Shown here one piece after another: positions 1-9,687 of a stretch of 35,513 nucleotides of DNA. Each line of letters opens with the position of its first letter. Within the stretch, counting starts at the first letter, position 1. The DNA is taken from assembly GCA_007133925.1 (NCBI GenBank), contig SLLU01000069.1, positions 1-35,513 of the forward strand. Reading direction: 5' to 3'. Under the pieces are notes generated by a model. That model did no database searches. It was not told the DNA's origin and worked only from the letters and a program-made list of their open reading frames with translations. Both the position numbers and the translations under genes were made by a program. The DNA is from Candidatus Halarchaeoplasma halalkaliphilum. GTDB lineage: Archaea > Thermoplasmatota > Thermoplasmata > Halarchaeoplasmatales > Halarchaeoplasmataceae.

Positions 1-3000
1 AGGCTGGCTGCAACAACGGCAACGATGATCAGTGCGATCATCCACAAGGGAATGCCTGTGGAGGGGTCGATCACTTCGAAGGAGGCAGAAGTGTACTCAG
101 CCTCATCCCCTCGGGGATGTTCAGGACGGATCACAATTCTGTAATCTCCACCTCTATCTGGGGTGACCAGTTCGATATAGAATGAACCATCACCACTGGA
201 TATAGCATCCGCCTCAACGATGGGGGTGCCATCCGCATCCACAAGGAACGCTCGAATTAACATATCTGGGATGGGTTTGCTGTCATGATCCCTAACGATT
301 TCCCCGAAGATTTCAATGAAATCTCCTATATTCAAATCGACCTGGCTGAAGTAAACCCCAACGAACCTCAGTTCCATAGGTTCGATGGTTATTTCCCGAG
401 AGATGCTGATGTTGCCATATTCGTTTACCAACTCAACTGTGATAGTTATCGTACCTGTAGTGTCCACGTTCCAGGTCCTGGAAGCTGTCACTATCTCACC
501 TACAGGTATATCAATGGTAGTACTGCCTATGTTCTCATTCTCGTGAGAAAAGAGGATCTCCGCATCTCTGAGAACTGTTCCCCCGTTATTTTCGATATTC
601 ACGGATATCTCAAGATCATCTCGTTCCATCACGGAATCGTCTTGGATATCTTCCCCGTTAACCTTCAATTCGATTTCTGGAGAATAGAACTCCGGTTGCG
701 GCGGTGCTCTCACGAGGACTTCAGTGAAGGCTTCATTGTTATCTATGTTGTGATCTCTTGGTGGGTCCGTTTCGGGATCCACGAACACGCGGATGTGTCT
801 TACTTCCTCTATTAAATTATCATGGGATAAGGTGGCGTCCCAGAAAATGCTGGCAGTCCTTACCGCATTTCGGGATACTGCTACAGTGGCAGTATCGATA
901 AGATTGTAATTTCCGCCATCGAGAATGTAAAAGCGTACTGTTGCTTCACTCACGTCTACCATGCCCACATTTGAGATGTCTGCGGAGATGACGGCAGTTT
1001 CCCCGACCATCAGGTCCCCGGGAGCCACTTCCACGTCACCATCGGAGACAGCCAGATCCGGCGTGTACACATCTTCAAACACTACCGGGATTGTATACAC
1101 ATATACGTCGGACGGATAATTCGGAATAGCGACATCCATACTTATTTCATGTTCTTCATATTCTGCTATGAGTTCGTAGTTACCAACAAAGGTAGGACCA
1201 TGTATGTTAACTATGTCGGAAAGGGCTGGTAAATAAACGATACCGTTTGCTGTGGTTCCCGATTGACTCTCGTCAGGGTCGTATGAGCTTTCCAATGTAA
1301 CATCCACATCACCCAATAATACGTCTCCGTGGCTCCTGGTTTCCACACGAACCCATCGAGACACTTCTATCCGGCCAGTACCAGAAACCACTACGGAAGG
1401 TGTGGCCACGGCCAATAGTTTAGCCTCGGTATGTTCAAAATCGTTTAGATGACCGGTGAAGGTACTGTCAGTACCTTCCATCCTTGTGGGATTGATGTGT
1501 ATGTCAGTTGAGGTGAAAGTCGAGCCAAAGACTTCAAAAAGTTCCGATGTCACGTGCATGGGACCTCTTACCGTGCTATCGCTTATTGTCAACGTTGAAT
1601 CATCGACGGCGTGGATCCGTACTTCCATATCTATGATGCAGTCATTCCGCACTTCTAGGATTCCCTGGTCCTCTATGATTATGTTCATGCGGTAGTCCGA
1701 ATATGCCCTTATGCTATCGAACACCAATCGCCCCTGATCCCGGACTATTATTCCGTATTGATTATGCCGTTCCTGCACCATCCTAAGGTTGCCATTGATG
1801 GTGAGTTCACCGCCTTGCTCAACTACGATGAACCCGTTGGGACTGAATGTGCCTCTGCTTTGAGTATTGGCCACTATAAGATCGAAGGCGTAGTCCACGC
1901 TGAATATGGGTTTGGTAACAGTCCGGTGTGCTTCCAAAACATCATCCAGCAATACTTCCACCCTTATCTCTCTATTTCCTCGTGTGGATGGGTTCCATGT
2001 GGTGGTCACCTCCGCCGTGCCCTGGGCCGGGATCGTTAACATTTGACTGGTCCCGGTTATTTCAACATTATCCGCATAAAAGCGTACTCGAGCATCAGCC
2101 AAGGCACCCTCATTATGGATCACTGCTGTTATGTCTAAATCATTCCCCATCTCCGGAAGGTCCTCGGATAAAGATATGCTTTCCACGGATAGGATAGGGG
2201 GTTTAACGATGGTCAGATCCCGTGTCTGTTGCTGTTCGCCAAGTGTAATCATTACAACTCTCGTTTCACTTAGTTCATCCGACACCATCTGTGCCAGCCA
2301 CGTTTGTTCCACAGTGGTAGTTCCTCCGCCGATCAATTCGGGAACAAGCTTTTCGCCCACTAGAGTGCCGTCGATATAAAAATTCGCGTAAGTGCTCCTT
2401 GAACCATATTCTCCAGCATTCATTATATGGGCAGACATAGTGAGGGTTTCACCTTCGTGTATTGTGGCGGGATCAAGTTCAAAATTGGTGATCTGGAGAT
2501 CCGCCTTTTCAAGTATAGTTATCGTTCGGGTACGTACGTTATCATCTGTGGTTTGCTGATGTATCTCTCCGTCAGGGTCCACTACCACTATAATCTGGTA
2601 TGTCCCTGTAGAAGGATAATCCCATACTAATGGTTCGGTCACCACATCTTCCTCACCCTGACCTTTGATGCTTACGAACCTTGTACCGAACTGGTTTCCC
2701 GGATCCTGCTCATCGTAATAGAAGGCAACTGTAACGTTCTCCACATCCGCTTCACCCATATTGTCTATACGGGCTGAAACGTGCACTTCGGCCCCGTCTT
2801 CGACTTCACTGCCCGGGTTGAATATGATCTCCCGTACCCTCAGGTGTGCCTGGCCAGGGAGTTCCATATCGAATTCCAGATCGGTTCTGATCAGATTATC
2901 AACCAGATTCGGGAAAGATTTGAGGGAAAGGTCTCTGGAAGCTTCGATTTCGTCGATCTCAAATTCCTCGTTCTCGTAGGTACCGTCCAAAATGTATGTA

Positions 3001-4655
3001 CCCCCTACGAACTTACTGTTCGGCCAGTTTTCAGGATGAGTGATATTGTCGCTGAGTAAGAACATGACCGTCCGTCCATTGCTAAGGGTTATGTAGCCTG
3101 TTCCCGGTTCATATATTGTTTCGTAAACCCGTTCCATGTAATCCAATGCCTCGGGGTTATGAACCGGATCGTTGTATGTACCTCTCATATTGTTGGGCAT
3201 TATCTCAGCACCCTTCAACACGTTTCCGGCTGTATCCATCGCAGTTACTTCCACCCAACGATACATGTTAACTATAGATTCATCGTCTGTTACCACTATG
3301 GGATCCCCGTCCGGTCTGGGCAATACCCCTTCGGGCAGTTCCAGACCATAGGTTCGAAGGGTGGAACCACCCAGGACCCGTATGACCCTGTGACTAAGGT
3401 CCGCATTTGCCATCCATGAGGTCTTGTCCGTGATGACCCGACCAGATCCGGGCCGGGGATTCACATCCGACGGGTTGAAATCTATGTCGATAACACTGTT
3501 GATCACCGTCATGGTTGAGTCCCACAGATGTATATCGTTGTCAAAGGCTGAATGAAGGGTTATTGATTCTATTGATATGGAAGCATTCTCGTTATCAGGA
3601 TCACCCATCGAATTGGATAGGGATACCGTCAGATCGAATGTGTAGTCACCATTTATCTTGCTGAGTCCGGGTTCGAATATATTGATTTCATCGAAAATCA
3701 GGCTACCGCCCGTGTTCATTATGGTAAAAGCCTCCTGGGGACCATCCGGGGATTGGTAGATCAGACTATCTTCCGCAGTATATTCGGTCCCGGTTCTGTA
3801 CCTCACTTCCATGACCAACGCACTTATCCTATCGAAAGGGTTGATATATGGATAACCCTGGGCTATAGATGGAAATTGAGGGTTGGCCAATTCCCATAAA
3901 TTAATAGTCATAGAGTCTCCGGGTCCCAGTACTGGAGGAATCGGGCCGCTGTAATCTGCGGGATACCACTGCATTGGTGAAAGGTGGTCATTACGATAAT
4001 AACCTCTTATTTCGGAATCCTCCAAAAGGACGTGGGACCCCATGTTGGCTATGAGTCGGGGACAATCATTATTGTCGTGTTCTCCCACTCGCATTTCGGA
4101 AGCACCCCAGGTAAAATCATAGTTCGGAACCTCATCCAGAGGTTCGAAGGTGGAGTCTCTCAATGTGAGGGTTGAGCCTTCGAGATAAACCCATCCAGGG
4201 AATTTAAAAGACGAGCCTTCCAGAAGTTCGATGGCGCCGTTGAAGGCGGAAATGTTAGTCTTTAGGAACGGCCTAAGAACAGTTCCCTCTCCTCTAAGGC
4301 TGGTGGTGATTTCACTGTTCCTCAGTGTCAATCTACCACCGTTTATGATGATGTTTCTTGGATTATACCCGTCTATCAACAGTACCATGGAGGTGTCTAT
4401 CAATTCGAGATGCCCGTTCGGACCGATCTCGATACTGGCATCCAGGGGAAGTTGTACGCCAGATAAGGTAACTGGTTGGTTTATGATCCACACATCGCCC
4501 TCCCCATCCCATCCGTGGATATCATTGTCAATGACCATTCCGTCGGGACTCTCCGCTAAATCATGTGCAAATGCCGGAAATGTTGCACTTATTAACAATA
4601 TAATCGTTGCTACTAGCCCAAATAATCTCAGATGCTCTGCTTTTTTATGGTTCAT
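1..4655 (-). CDS. Large secreted, membrane-anchored surface protein with beta-rich regions and several CARDB/Ig-like domains (partial: stop codon lies beyond the left edge)
   Basis: Manual translation from ATG at 4655 gives signal peptide MNHKKAEHLRLFGLVATIILLISATFPAFA. CARDB-like motifs: DLQITNFELDPATIHEGETLTMSAHIMNAG, PDLAVSDGDVEVAPGDLMVGETAVISADISNVG, YQIIVVVDPDGEIHQQTTDDN. The same frame at the window edge reads GIPLWMIALIIVAVVAAS (TM anchor). The ORF track lists no ORF in this frame, consistent with no internal stop. Confidence 0.85.
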   Translation of the reverse strand, partial: MNHKKAEHLRLFGLVATIILLISATFPAFAHDLAESPDGMVIDNDIHGWDGEGDVWIINQPVTLSGVQLPLDASIEIGPNGHLELIDTSMVLLIDGYNPRNIIINGGRLTLRNSEITTSLRGEGTVLRPFLKTNISAFNGAIELLEGSSFKFPGWVYLEGSTLTLRDSTFEPLDEVPNYDFTWGASEMRVGEHDNNDCPRLIANMGSHVLLEDSEIRGYYRNDHLSPMQWYPADYSGPIPPVLGPGDSMTINLWELANPQFPSIAQGYPYINPFDRISALVMEVRYRTGTEYTAEDSLIYQSPDGPQEAFTIMNTGGSLIFDEINIFEPGLSKINGDYTFDLTVSLSNSMGDPDNENASISIESITLHSAFDNDIHLWDSTMTVINSVIDIDFNPSDVNPRPGSGRVITDKTSWMANADLSHRVIRVLGGSTLRTYGLELPEGVLPRPDGDPIVVTDDESIVNMYRWVEVTAMDTAGNVLKGAEIMPNNMRGTYNDPVHNPEALDYMERVYETIYEPGTGYITLSNGRTVMFLLSDNITHPENWPNSKFVGGTYILDGTYENEEFEIDEIEASRDLSLKSFPNLVDNLIRTDLEFDMELPGQAHLRVREIIFNPGSEVEDGAEVHVSARIDNMGEADVENVTVAFYYDEQDPGNQFGTRFVSIKGQGEEDVVTEPLVWDYPSTGTYQIIVVVDPDGEIHQQTTDDNVRTRTITILEKADLQITNFELDPATIHEGETLTMSAHIMNAGEYGSRSTYANFYIDGTLVGEKLVPELIGGGTTTVEQTWLAQMVSDELSETRVVMITLGEQQQTRDLTIVKPPILSVESISLSEDLPEMGNDLDITAVIHNEGALADARVRFYADNVEITGTSQMLTIPAQGTAEVTTTWNPSTRGNREIRVEVLLDDVLEAHRTVTKPIFSVDYAFDLIVANTQSRGTFSPNGFIVVEQGGELTINGNLRMVQERHNQYGIIVRDQGRLVFDSIRAYSDYRMNIIIEDQGILEVRNDCIIDMEVRIHAVDDSTLTISDSTVRGPMHVTSELFEVFGSTFTSTDIHINPTRMEGTDSTFTGHLNDFEHTEAKLLAVATPSVVVSGTGRIEVSRWVRVETRSHGDVLLGDVDVTLESSYDPDESQSGTTANGIVYLPALSDIVNIHGPTFVGNYELIAEYEEHEISMDVAIPNYPSDVYVYTIPVVFEDVYTPDLAVSDGDVEVAPGDLMVGETAVISADISNVGMVDVSEATVRFYILDGGNYNLIDTATVAVSRNAVRTASIFWDATLSHDNLIEEVRHIRVFVDPETDPPRDHNIDNNEAFTEVLVRAPPQPEFYSPEIELKVNGEDIQDDSVMERDDLEISVNIENNGGTVLRDAEILFSHENENIGSTTIDIPVGEIVTASRTWNVDTTGTITITVELVNEYGNISISREITIEPMELRFVGVYFSQVDLNIGDFIEIFGEIVRDHDSKPIPDMLIRAFLVDADGTPIVEADAISSGDGSFYIELVTPDRGGDYRIVIRPEHPRGDEAEYTSASFEVIDPSTGIPLWMIALIIVAVVAAS

Positions 4656-4847
4656 ATCTTCCACCAAGGATCGCTACCTTTTGTTCTTCTAACATCCTAC
4701 GCTCACCTATAAAGTGTTTTGCATTTACTATGGATATGACATAATCCTATATAAAAGATTCTCTTAGAGCGTTGAATTAGTTATTATGATCGTTACCAAA
4801 TGTAAAAATGTTTAATAATCAGTGATAGCATTGGTATTTTGATTGGG

Positions 4848-6287
4848 ATGCGCGAGACCATTCTAAGAGAATTAGCTGAAAATAACACGCTGCTTTCACC
4901 GGGCGCATGGGAGTATCTGGATACATTGGATGATCCGGTTTCTATCGTACAAGAGATGGTAAGAACTTCCACCGACCTGCCCTTCCCCGTCGGACGGGAT
5001 GTTTTGGTCCCTTTCGTGGAGGCAAAACGCCCTTCTAGAAAAGAGAAAACACCGGATGTAAGGCCACCATCCATAAAAACCCACGAAGTGAAGATCAGAT
5101 CGGATATAACCGGTAATTCGACCTGCACGGGAGAGTTGTCTGATTTCACCAACCATTTCATGGACCGATACAATAAGCTCAAGACTATCCTGATAAGGAG
5201 AAGAGAGGCAAAAGGTATTTTGAACATCAACAATGTGGTGAAAAGAAAAGGCGAGGCCCGGATCATCGCCATGATAGGGGACGTATCAACCACCTCAAAC
5301 GGCAACATATCACTTACCCTTGAAGACCCAACCGGGCATATCAGAGGATTTATCTCGTCTGAAAGCGGTGCTTACAGTACCGACCTGTTGGAAGACGAGG
5401 TCGTAATAGCGGTGGGCAAGGTTTGGGAGAAAAAGAAAAGTTTCGACACCACCTTCGCCATAAACGAGATAATCCGTCCAGGGGTACCCAGAAGTGTGGT
5501 CAAAAGGAGCACCGATGTCCAGGGGAAGATCGCTTTCATAGGCGATATCCACATAGGTAGTAAAACATTCCTTAAGGATAGTTGGGAACGTTTTCTATCA
5601 TGGATGGAATCGGGGGAAAACGGTTCCTCCGAAATAGGATACCTGATTATTGCCGGGGACCTGATAGACGGCATCGGCATATACCCCAATCAAGAAGACG
5701 AATTGGAAATAAAAGATATTTATGAACAGTACAGGGTATTGGGAAAGATGCTCAGGAGGATACCATCCCATGTCCAGATAGTCGCAATTCCAGGCAACCA
5801 CGATATAGTTCGAAACATGGAACCCCAGCCATCGCTACCCAAGAACGTACAGGATTTATTTCCGGACAACGTCATCTTCTGCGGAAATCCATCCATGATC
5901 CACATAGGAGGTATCAAGATCCTTATGTACCACGGGGGTAGCATAAACGACCTGTCGGACATGCTCTCCAGCGTGGACACTGATCAACCCTGCACAGCCA
6001 TGAAGGAGATGCTGGAGAGAAGGCATCTGGTACCGGTTTACGGCAAGAAAACACCCATCGCACCTGAAAAAGAAGACATGTTGGTGATTAACGATGTGCC
6101 GGATATATTCGTAACAGGTCATATGCACAAAACAGACGTTATGCAGCATTACAATACATTATTGATTAACGCTTCAACATGGCAAGACCAAACGGATTAT
6201 CAAAAGATGCGGGATATACAGCCGGATCCGGCCTATGTGATCATATACGACCCTGTCTTGAATCAGGTGGACAAAAAGAAATGCTAG
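4848..6287 (+). CDS. polB: DNA polymerase D small (proofreading exonuclease) subunit DP1
   Basis: OB-fold region (LEDPTG), then calcineurin-like phosphoesterase motifs GDIHIG, AGDLIDGIGIYP, PGNHD, YHG, RHLVP, TGHMH, NASTWQ. ATG at 4848 preferred to the track's TTG at 4839. Confidence 0.95.
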   Translation: MRETILRELAENNTLLSPGAWEYLDTLDDPVSIVQEMVRTSTDLPFPVGRDVLVPFVEAKRPSRKEKTPDVRPPSIKTHEVKIRSDITGNSTCTGELSDFTNHFMDRYNKLKTILIRRREAKGILNINNVVKRKGEARIIAMIGDVSTTSNGNISLTLEDPTGHIRGFISSESGAYSTDLLEDEVVIAVGKVWEKKKSFDTTFAINEIIRPGVPRSVVKRSTDVQGKIAFIGDIHIGSKTFLKDSWERFLSWMESGENGSSEIGYLIIAGDLIDGIGIYPNQEDELEIKDIYEQYRVLGKMLRRIPSHVQIVAIPGNHDIVRNMEPQPSLPKNVQDLFPDNVIFCGNPSMIHIGGIKILMYHGGSINDLSDMLSSVDTDQPCTAMKEMLERRHLVPVYGKKTPIAPEKEDMLVINDVPDIFVTGHMHKTDVMQHYNTLLINASTWQDQTDYQKMRDIQPDPAYVIIYDPVLNQVDKKKC

Positions 6288-6381
6288 TACCACTGACATA
6301 GAAGTTTTTTAGACTTATTCTAATTACACCGATAAGGGATTGATTCGTGAACCCTTGGTTCAAACCCCTTGTGTTACAAGT

Positions 6382-6390
6382 AAAATAAAA
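6382..6390 (-). terminator. T-rich archaeal terminator after rps3ae-tRNA-Met
   Basis: TTTTATTTT immediately 3' of the tRNA on the minus strand. Confidence 0.45.
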
Positions 6391-6487
6391 TGTCGGGGGC
6401 GGGGTTTGAACCCGCGGCCTCTAGATGTCCCAGGAACGCTCGATTTCCCTATGAGTCTAGCGCTCCACCAAGCTGAGCTACCCCGAC
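6391..6487 (-). tRNA. tRNA-Met(CAT), elongator type, with 23-nt canonical intron (6427-6449)
   Basis: Acceptor stem GTCGGGG/CCCCGAC+A, D stem GCTC/GAGC, anticodon arm CTAGA-CTCATA^A-TCTAG, T loop TTCAAAC. Bulge-helix-bulge: helix CTCA/TGGG with bulges TAG and ACA. G1-C72 pair, so not the initiator. Confidence 0.93.
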
Positions 6488-6498
6488 ATAGGGAAACT

Positions 6499-7392
6499 CT
6501 AGTCCTTTCCATGAAGGGCGTTATGTATCTTCTTGGTAAATGCCGGGCCGACGCCCTCCACCTTCAACAGATCTTCCTCGGTAGCGTTCTTCAGCTGCTC
6601 GAGAGTTCTGTAACCCCCTCCATAGAGTTTTTCCGCCATCGTGGGACCGACACCGTCTATGGTCTGGAATTCCTGTAGTATATCCGGTTTGGACAGGACC
6701 TTCTCGGGTTCGGGCATTGTTTCTTCTTCCTCTACCACGGTGACCTCTTCCTTCACCTCTTCTTCCGTTAATATCAGGTCTTCCACCATTTCACTTTCAG
6801 GTATGGAAAGTATCTTGGATTTGCATATCTCCACAGTACGGAGTGGATATATCTCCTTGCAATCTTTCTTGATCTGGCTAGCAAGGGATCCGAACAGCAT
6901 CTTTTGAACCAGTTGAGACAGTGTGGATTTCGAAGCGGTCTCTGTTATGATCTCCATCTGCTTGTTACGTAGAGACCTCTTTATGGAGGTGTTGATCCTT
7001 TTGTTGGTAACCGAAAGTACCTTTATTCTAATCTTATAACCCTCTTTTGTGGAAACATCGAAGGCTGGATCTATCTTTGACCTTCTTCGACGGGTCAGAC
7101 GTCTAACAAAATCAGATGTCATATCATGACCGTAGAACTGGGTTCTGCATTCGCCACCCCTGATGGCATTGACCCTCAACTTGACCTTTACATGTACTTT
7201 GGAAAAATCTCCGGCCAGTTCTTGAAGACTGATCTCAGATATCCTACCAAGCAATAATTCCGGATCCGCTGAAGGTGTTTCACCCACCTTTGCACCCTGG
7301 AACATGTCCGGTGCTACTATGGTGTACCAACTCTTTGATTTCCATTTGTCCTTTACCCGTCTGGATGCTAGTCTGGACTTTCGCCTTGCCAT
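6499..7392 (-). CDS. rps3ae: 30S ribosomal protein S3ae (eS1) with acidic linker and C-terminal tandem helix-hairpin-helix domain
   Basis: N-terminal KDKWKSKSWYTIVAP, then GRISEISLQELAGDFSK, DFVRRLTRRRRSKID, IYPLRTVEICKSKI. The last ~60 aa carry IDGVGP and VEGVGP HhH motifs. Confidence 0.95.
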   Translation of the reverse strand: MARRKSRLASRRVKDKWKSKSWYTIVAPDMFQGAKVGETPSADPELLLGRISEISLQELAGDFSKVHVKVKLRVNAIRGGECRTQFYGHDMTSDFVRRLTRRRRSKIDPAFDVSTKEGYKIRIKVLSVTNKRINTSIKRSLRNKQMEIITETASKSTLSQLVQKMLFGSLASQIKKDCKEIYPLRTVEICKSKILSIPESEMVEDLILTEEEVKEEVTVVEEEETMPEPEKVLSKPDILQEFQTIDGVGPTMAEKLYGGGYRTLEQLKNATEEDLLKVEGVGPAFTKKIHNALHGKD

Positions 7393-7479
7393 TGTGATTC
7401 CCCTGATTAACTTGGATTCATGCTATCTCCATATGATATAACAACTTTTTGGTATATGCTATGGGGACCTAGGCCTATG

Positions 7480-8994
7480 TTAAAGTAATTTTAAACCTTT
7501 CGGTGGATCTCCATGGAATTCCCTGAACCTTTCCGGCCAATCACCCGGTTCAAGACCTTTTTGGGCAAGGAAGGCTGAAGCCCACCGTTCAAGTCCGATA
7601 CCGGAGCAGCCGGAGTACAACTCTTTGGCCTGTGATTTTATGTTGAATACCTTGGTGTATTTTCCGAATATGCTGAGATTCTGAAATTCCAACCACTCAC
7701 TTTCCTTCCTGTCCCCCCGGTAGGGAAGATAGGCCTCGAAATCTATGGTCCCTTCATTTTCGTCCGCACCCTTGTCGGTACCCCCGGACTGCTGAAGGTA
7801 GAATGGTTCCACCTGAGCCATCCTCCATTCCAGTTCTAAAACCTCTTCGAACACATAAGTGTACCTTTGGATCAGTGACTCCCGTAAATCGGTAAGCTGT
7901 TCCAGTGTGCCGATATAGACCGGCTCGATACGATGGAACTCATCCACACGCTCTATCCCGTGCCTGCCCCCGGATTCGTACCTAGCGCTGGGTACGGTAC
8001 GGTCGTACACGAGTAAGGGAAGGCTTTCGTCCGCGATGGTTTGATTTCTAAGAGACCAATATATGACAGGACATTGAGCATAACATATGCCGCTTCGAGG
8101 TTCGGATATCAACTCTTTGAGGAGTGCTACGGGGATCTCCCTGGCGATCTTAACATGATCCACGAACCCCTCCCATTCCGAGGGTGTCCTTGTCAGGGGC
8201 TCCGAAACATAATAAATCTCGTTCGGGACCCCTTCCATGTGACCAGTATCGATCCACACGTCGAAGGGGACCATCATGGATTGAATGACCTCCTGAAATC
8301 CCAAGGGTTGGAGTACCTCTTCGATGGCTATCCTTTCCATTGTATTGAGTATCTTCGCCGCTTGGGGTTTGTAGAACCATTTACCCTTTGTGGGGCCCTT
8401 CAGAATCCACCCTCTTTTTTCCATCTCCACCGTGGGATCCTTGTCCCATACCATCCTTTTTTCTTGGGAACTCCAGATCAGGTTCCACTGTTCAGCTTTA
8501 CCTTTGTAATGTTGAGCATTCACTTTTTCCTGTATGCGCTTTATGATCCGGTCCACGTAGTTATTTTCCATCTGCTCCTGGGTGAGTTTTGATGCGTTGA
8601 AGCGACATAACCGTTCCTCGAACTCGATGTCCTCTGTGAAGGGGACCGTGACCGGTTCAATTGGCTTGAACTCACACTGGAGTTCCACTATATACGATAT
8701 GATATCTATTCCCCTGATGCCTATGTGGTATTCCTTTCCCAAGTTTCGGGACAAATTCTTTTTCAATCGGAATACCGCATCATGGGCCCTCACGTAGCGG
8801 TCGGAGACCACCTTCAGTTCAAGAGCATGGGGATGGAATATCATATCCTTAACGGAAGCACCACCCTCTAGGTCCTTTGGGACCCCTCTTTTGAGAAGGT
8901 CCTCTTCAGCCGCCTTGATCAATTTCGTTATGTAGTCCTGTTTGTCATCTACGTCCCCGCTGAATTTAAAGAGGCATACCAATTCAAATTTCAT
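7480..8994 (-). CDS. serS: Seryl-tRNA synthetase, methanogenic (type 2, Zn-dependent)
   Basis: 504 aa. N-terminal LLKRGVP...SDRYVRAHDA domain of the rare-type SerRS, YAQCP, motif 2 RYESGGRHGIERVDEFHRIE, WLEFQN, motif 3 SGCSGIGLERW. Confidence 0.92.
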   Translation of the reverse strand: MKFELVCLFKFSGDVDDKQDYITKLIKAAEEDLLKRGVPKDLEGGASVKDMIFHPHALELKVVSDRYVRAHDAVFRLKKNLSRNLGKEYHIGIRGIDIISYIVELQCEFKPIEPVTVPFTEDIEFEERLCRFNASKLTQEQMENNYVDRIIKRIQEKVNAQHYKGKAEQWNLIWSSQEKRMVWDKDPTVEMEKRGWILKGPTKGKWFYKPQAAKILNTMERIAIEEVLQPLGFQEVIQSMMVPFDVWIDTGHMEGVPNEIYYVSEPLTRTPSEWEGFVDHVKIAREIPVALLKELISEPRSGICYAQCPVIYWSLRNQTIADESLPLLVYDRTVPSARYESGGRHGIERVDEFHRIEPVYIGTLEQLTDLRESLIQRYTYVFEEVLELEWRMAQVEPFYLQQSGGTDKGADENEGTIDFEAYLPYRGDRKESEWLEFQNLSIFGKYTKVFNIKSQAKELYSGCSGIGLERWASAFLAQKGLEPGDWPERFREFHGDPPKGLKLL

Positions 8995-9105
8995 GTTCTA
9001 TCAAAGAAAGCAATCTACGGTAGGTAATTAACGTTTTCCGAACCATTGAATTGTTTTCGAAAGGTTTAACATCTACTTGAATATTAGTATCCCTCGGGAT
9101 TACAC

Positions 9106-9672
9106 ATGCAGAGCTTCGAATACCCCCGGGTAAAGATACAGGATATCATGTCCACCAACCCGATCATAATCAAGAAAACCGAAAAGGTCTCTAGGGCAGC
9201 GGCCTTGATGAAAGAAGCGGGTGTTGGCAGTCTGGTTGTACTGGATGAAAATGGAGAACTAGAAGGTATAGTAACAGAGATGGATATAGTTTTCAAGACC
9301 GTGGCAGATGGTCTGGACCCTAACAAGGTTAAGGTAGTAGACATAATGTCAAGCCCGGTGGTTACGATATCTGGAAAAAAATACATCCGGGATGCAGCCG
9401 AAATGATGGCAAAGCTCCATGTCCGAAGACTGCCCGTGATCCGGGACGGAAAGATGATAGGCATAATCACCGAGAACGACATAATCGTGATATCACCGGC
9501 CCTGCTGGATATAACCAGAGAATACTCAAATATCCGATATCCCGATGATAAAAACCGTTACGACGAGCAGGACGAACCGGAAATTTCAGGTTATTGTGAA
9601 AGTTGCAAAGTGTTTTCCGAAAGACTAGCCACCGTTGAAGGGCAGTTGATCTGCCCCGAATGTGATAGATAG
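9106..9672 (+). CDS. CBS-pair protein with C-terminal Zn ribbon
   Basis: Two CBS domains (IQDIMS...GSLVV...GIVTEMDI; VVDIMS...RRLPV...GIITENDI) and C-terminal CESC...CPEC. Confidence 0.88.
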   Translation: MQSFEYPRVKIQDIMSTNPIIIKKTEKVSRAAALMKEAGVGSLVVLDENGELEGIVTEMDIVFKTVADGLDPNKVKVVDIMSSPVVTISGKKYIRDAAEMMAKLHVRRLPVIRDGKMIGIITENDIIVISPALLDITREYSNIRYPDDKNRYDEQDEPEISGYCESCKVFSERLATVEGQLICPECDR

Positions 9673-9687
9673 AAAGAGTTGACTTGT

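Noticed and set aside
285-4692. Numerous plus-strand ORFs in the track
   Set aside because: Antisense shadows of the single long minus-strand surface-protein gene, with no recognisable motifs.
4656-4847. AT-rich region upstream of DP1 as a possible replication origin
   Set aside because: No ORB-like repeats (TCCA-N-TGGAAA with G string) seen. Divergent TATA boxes explain the composition.
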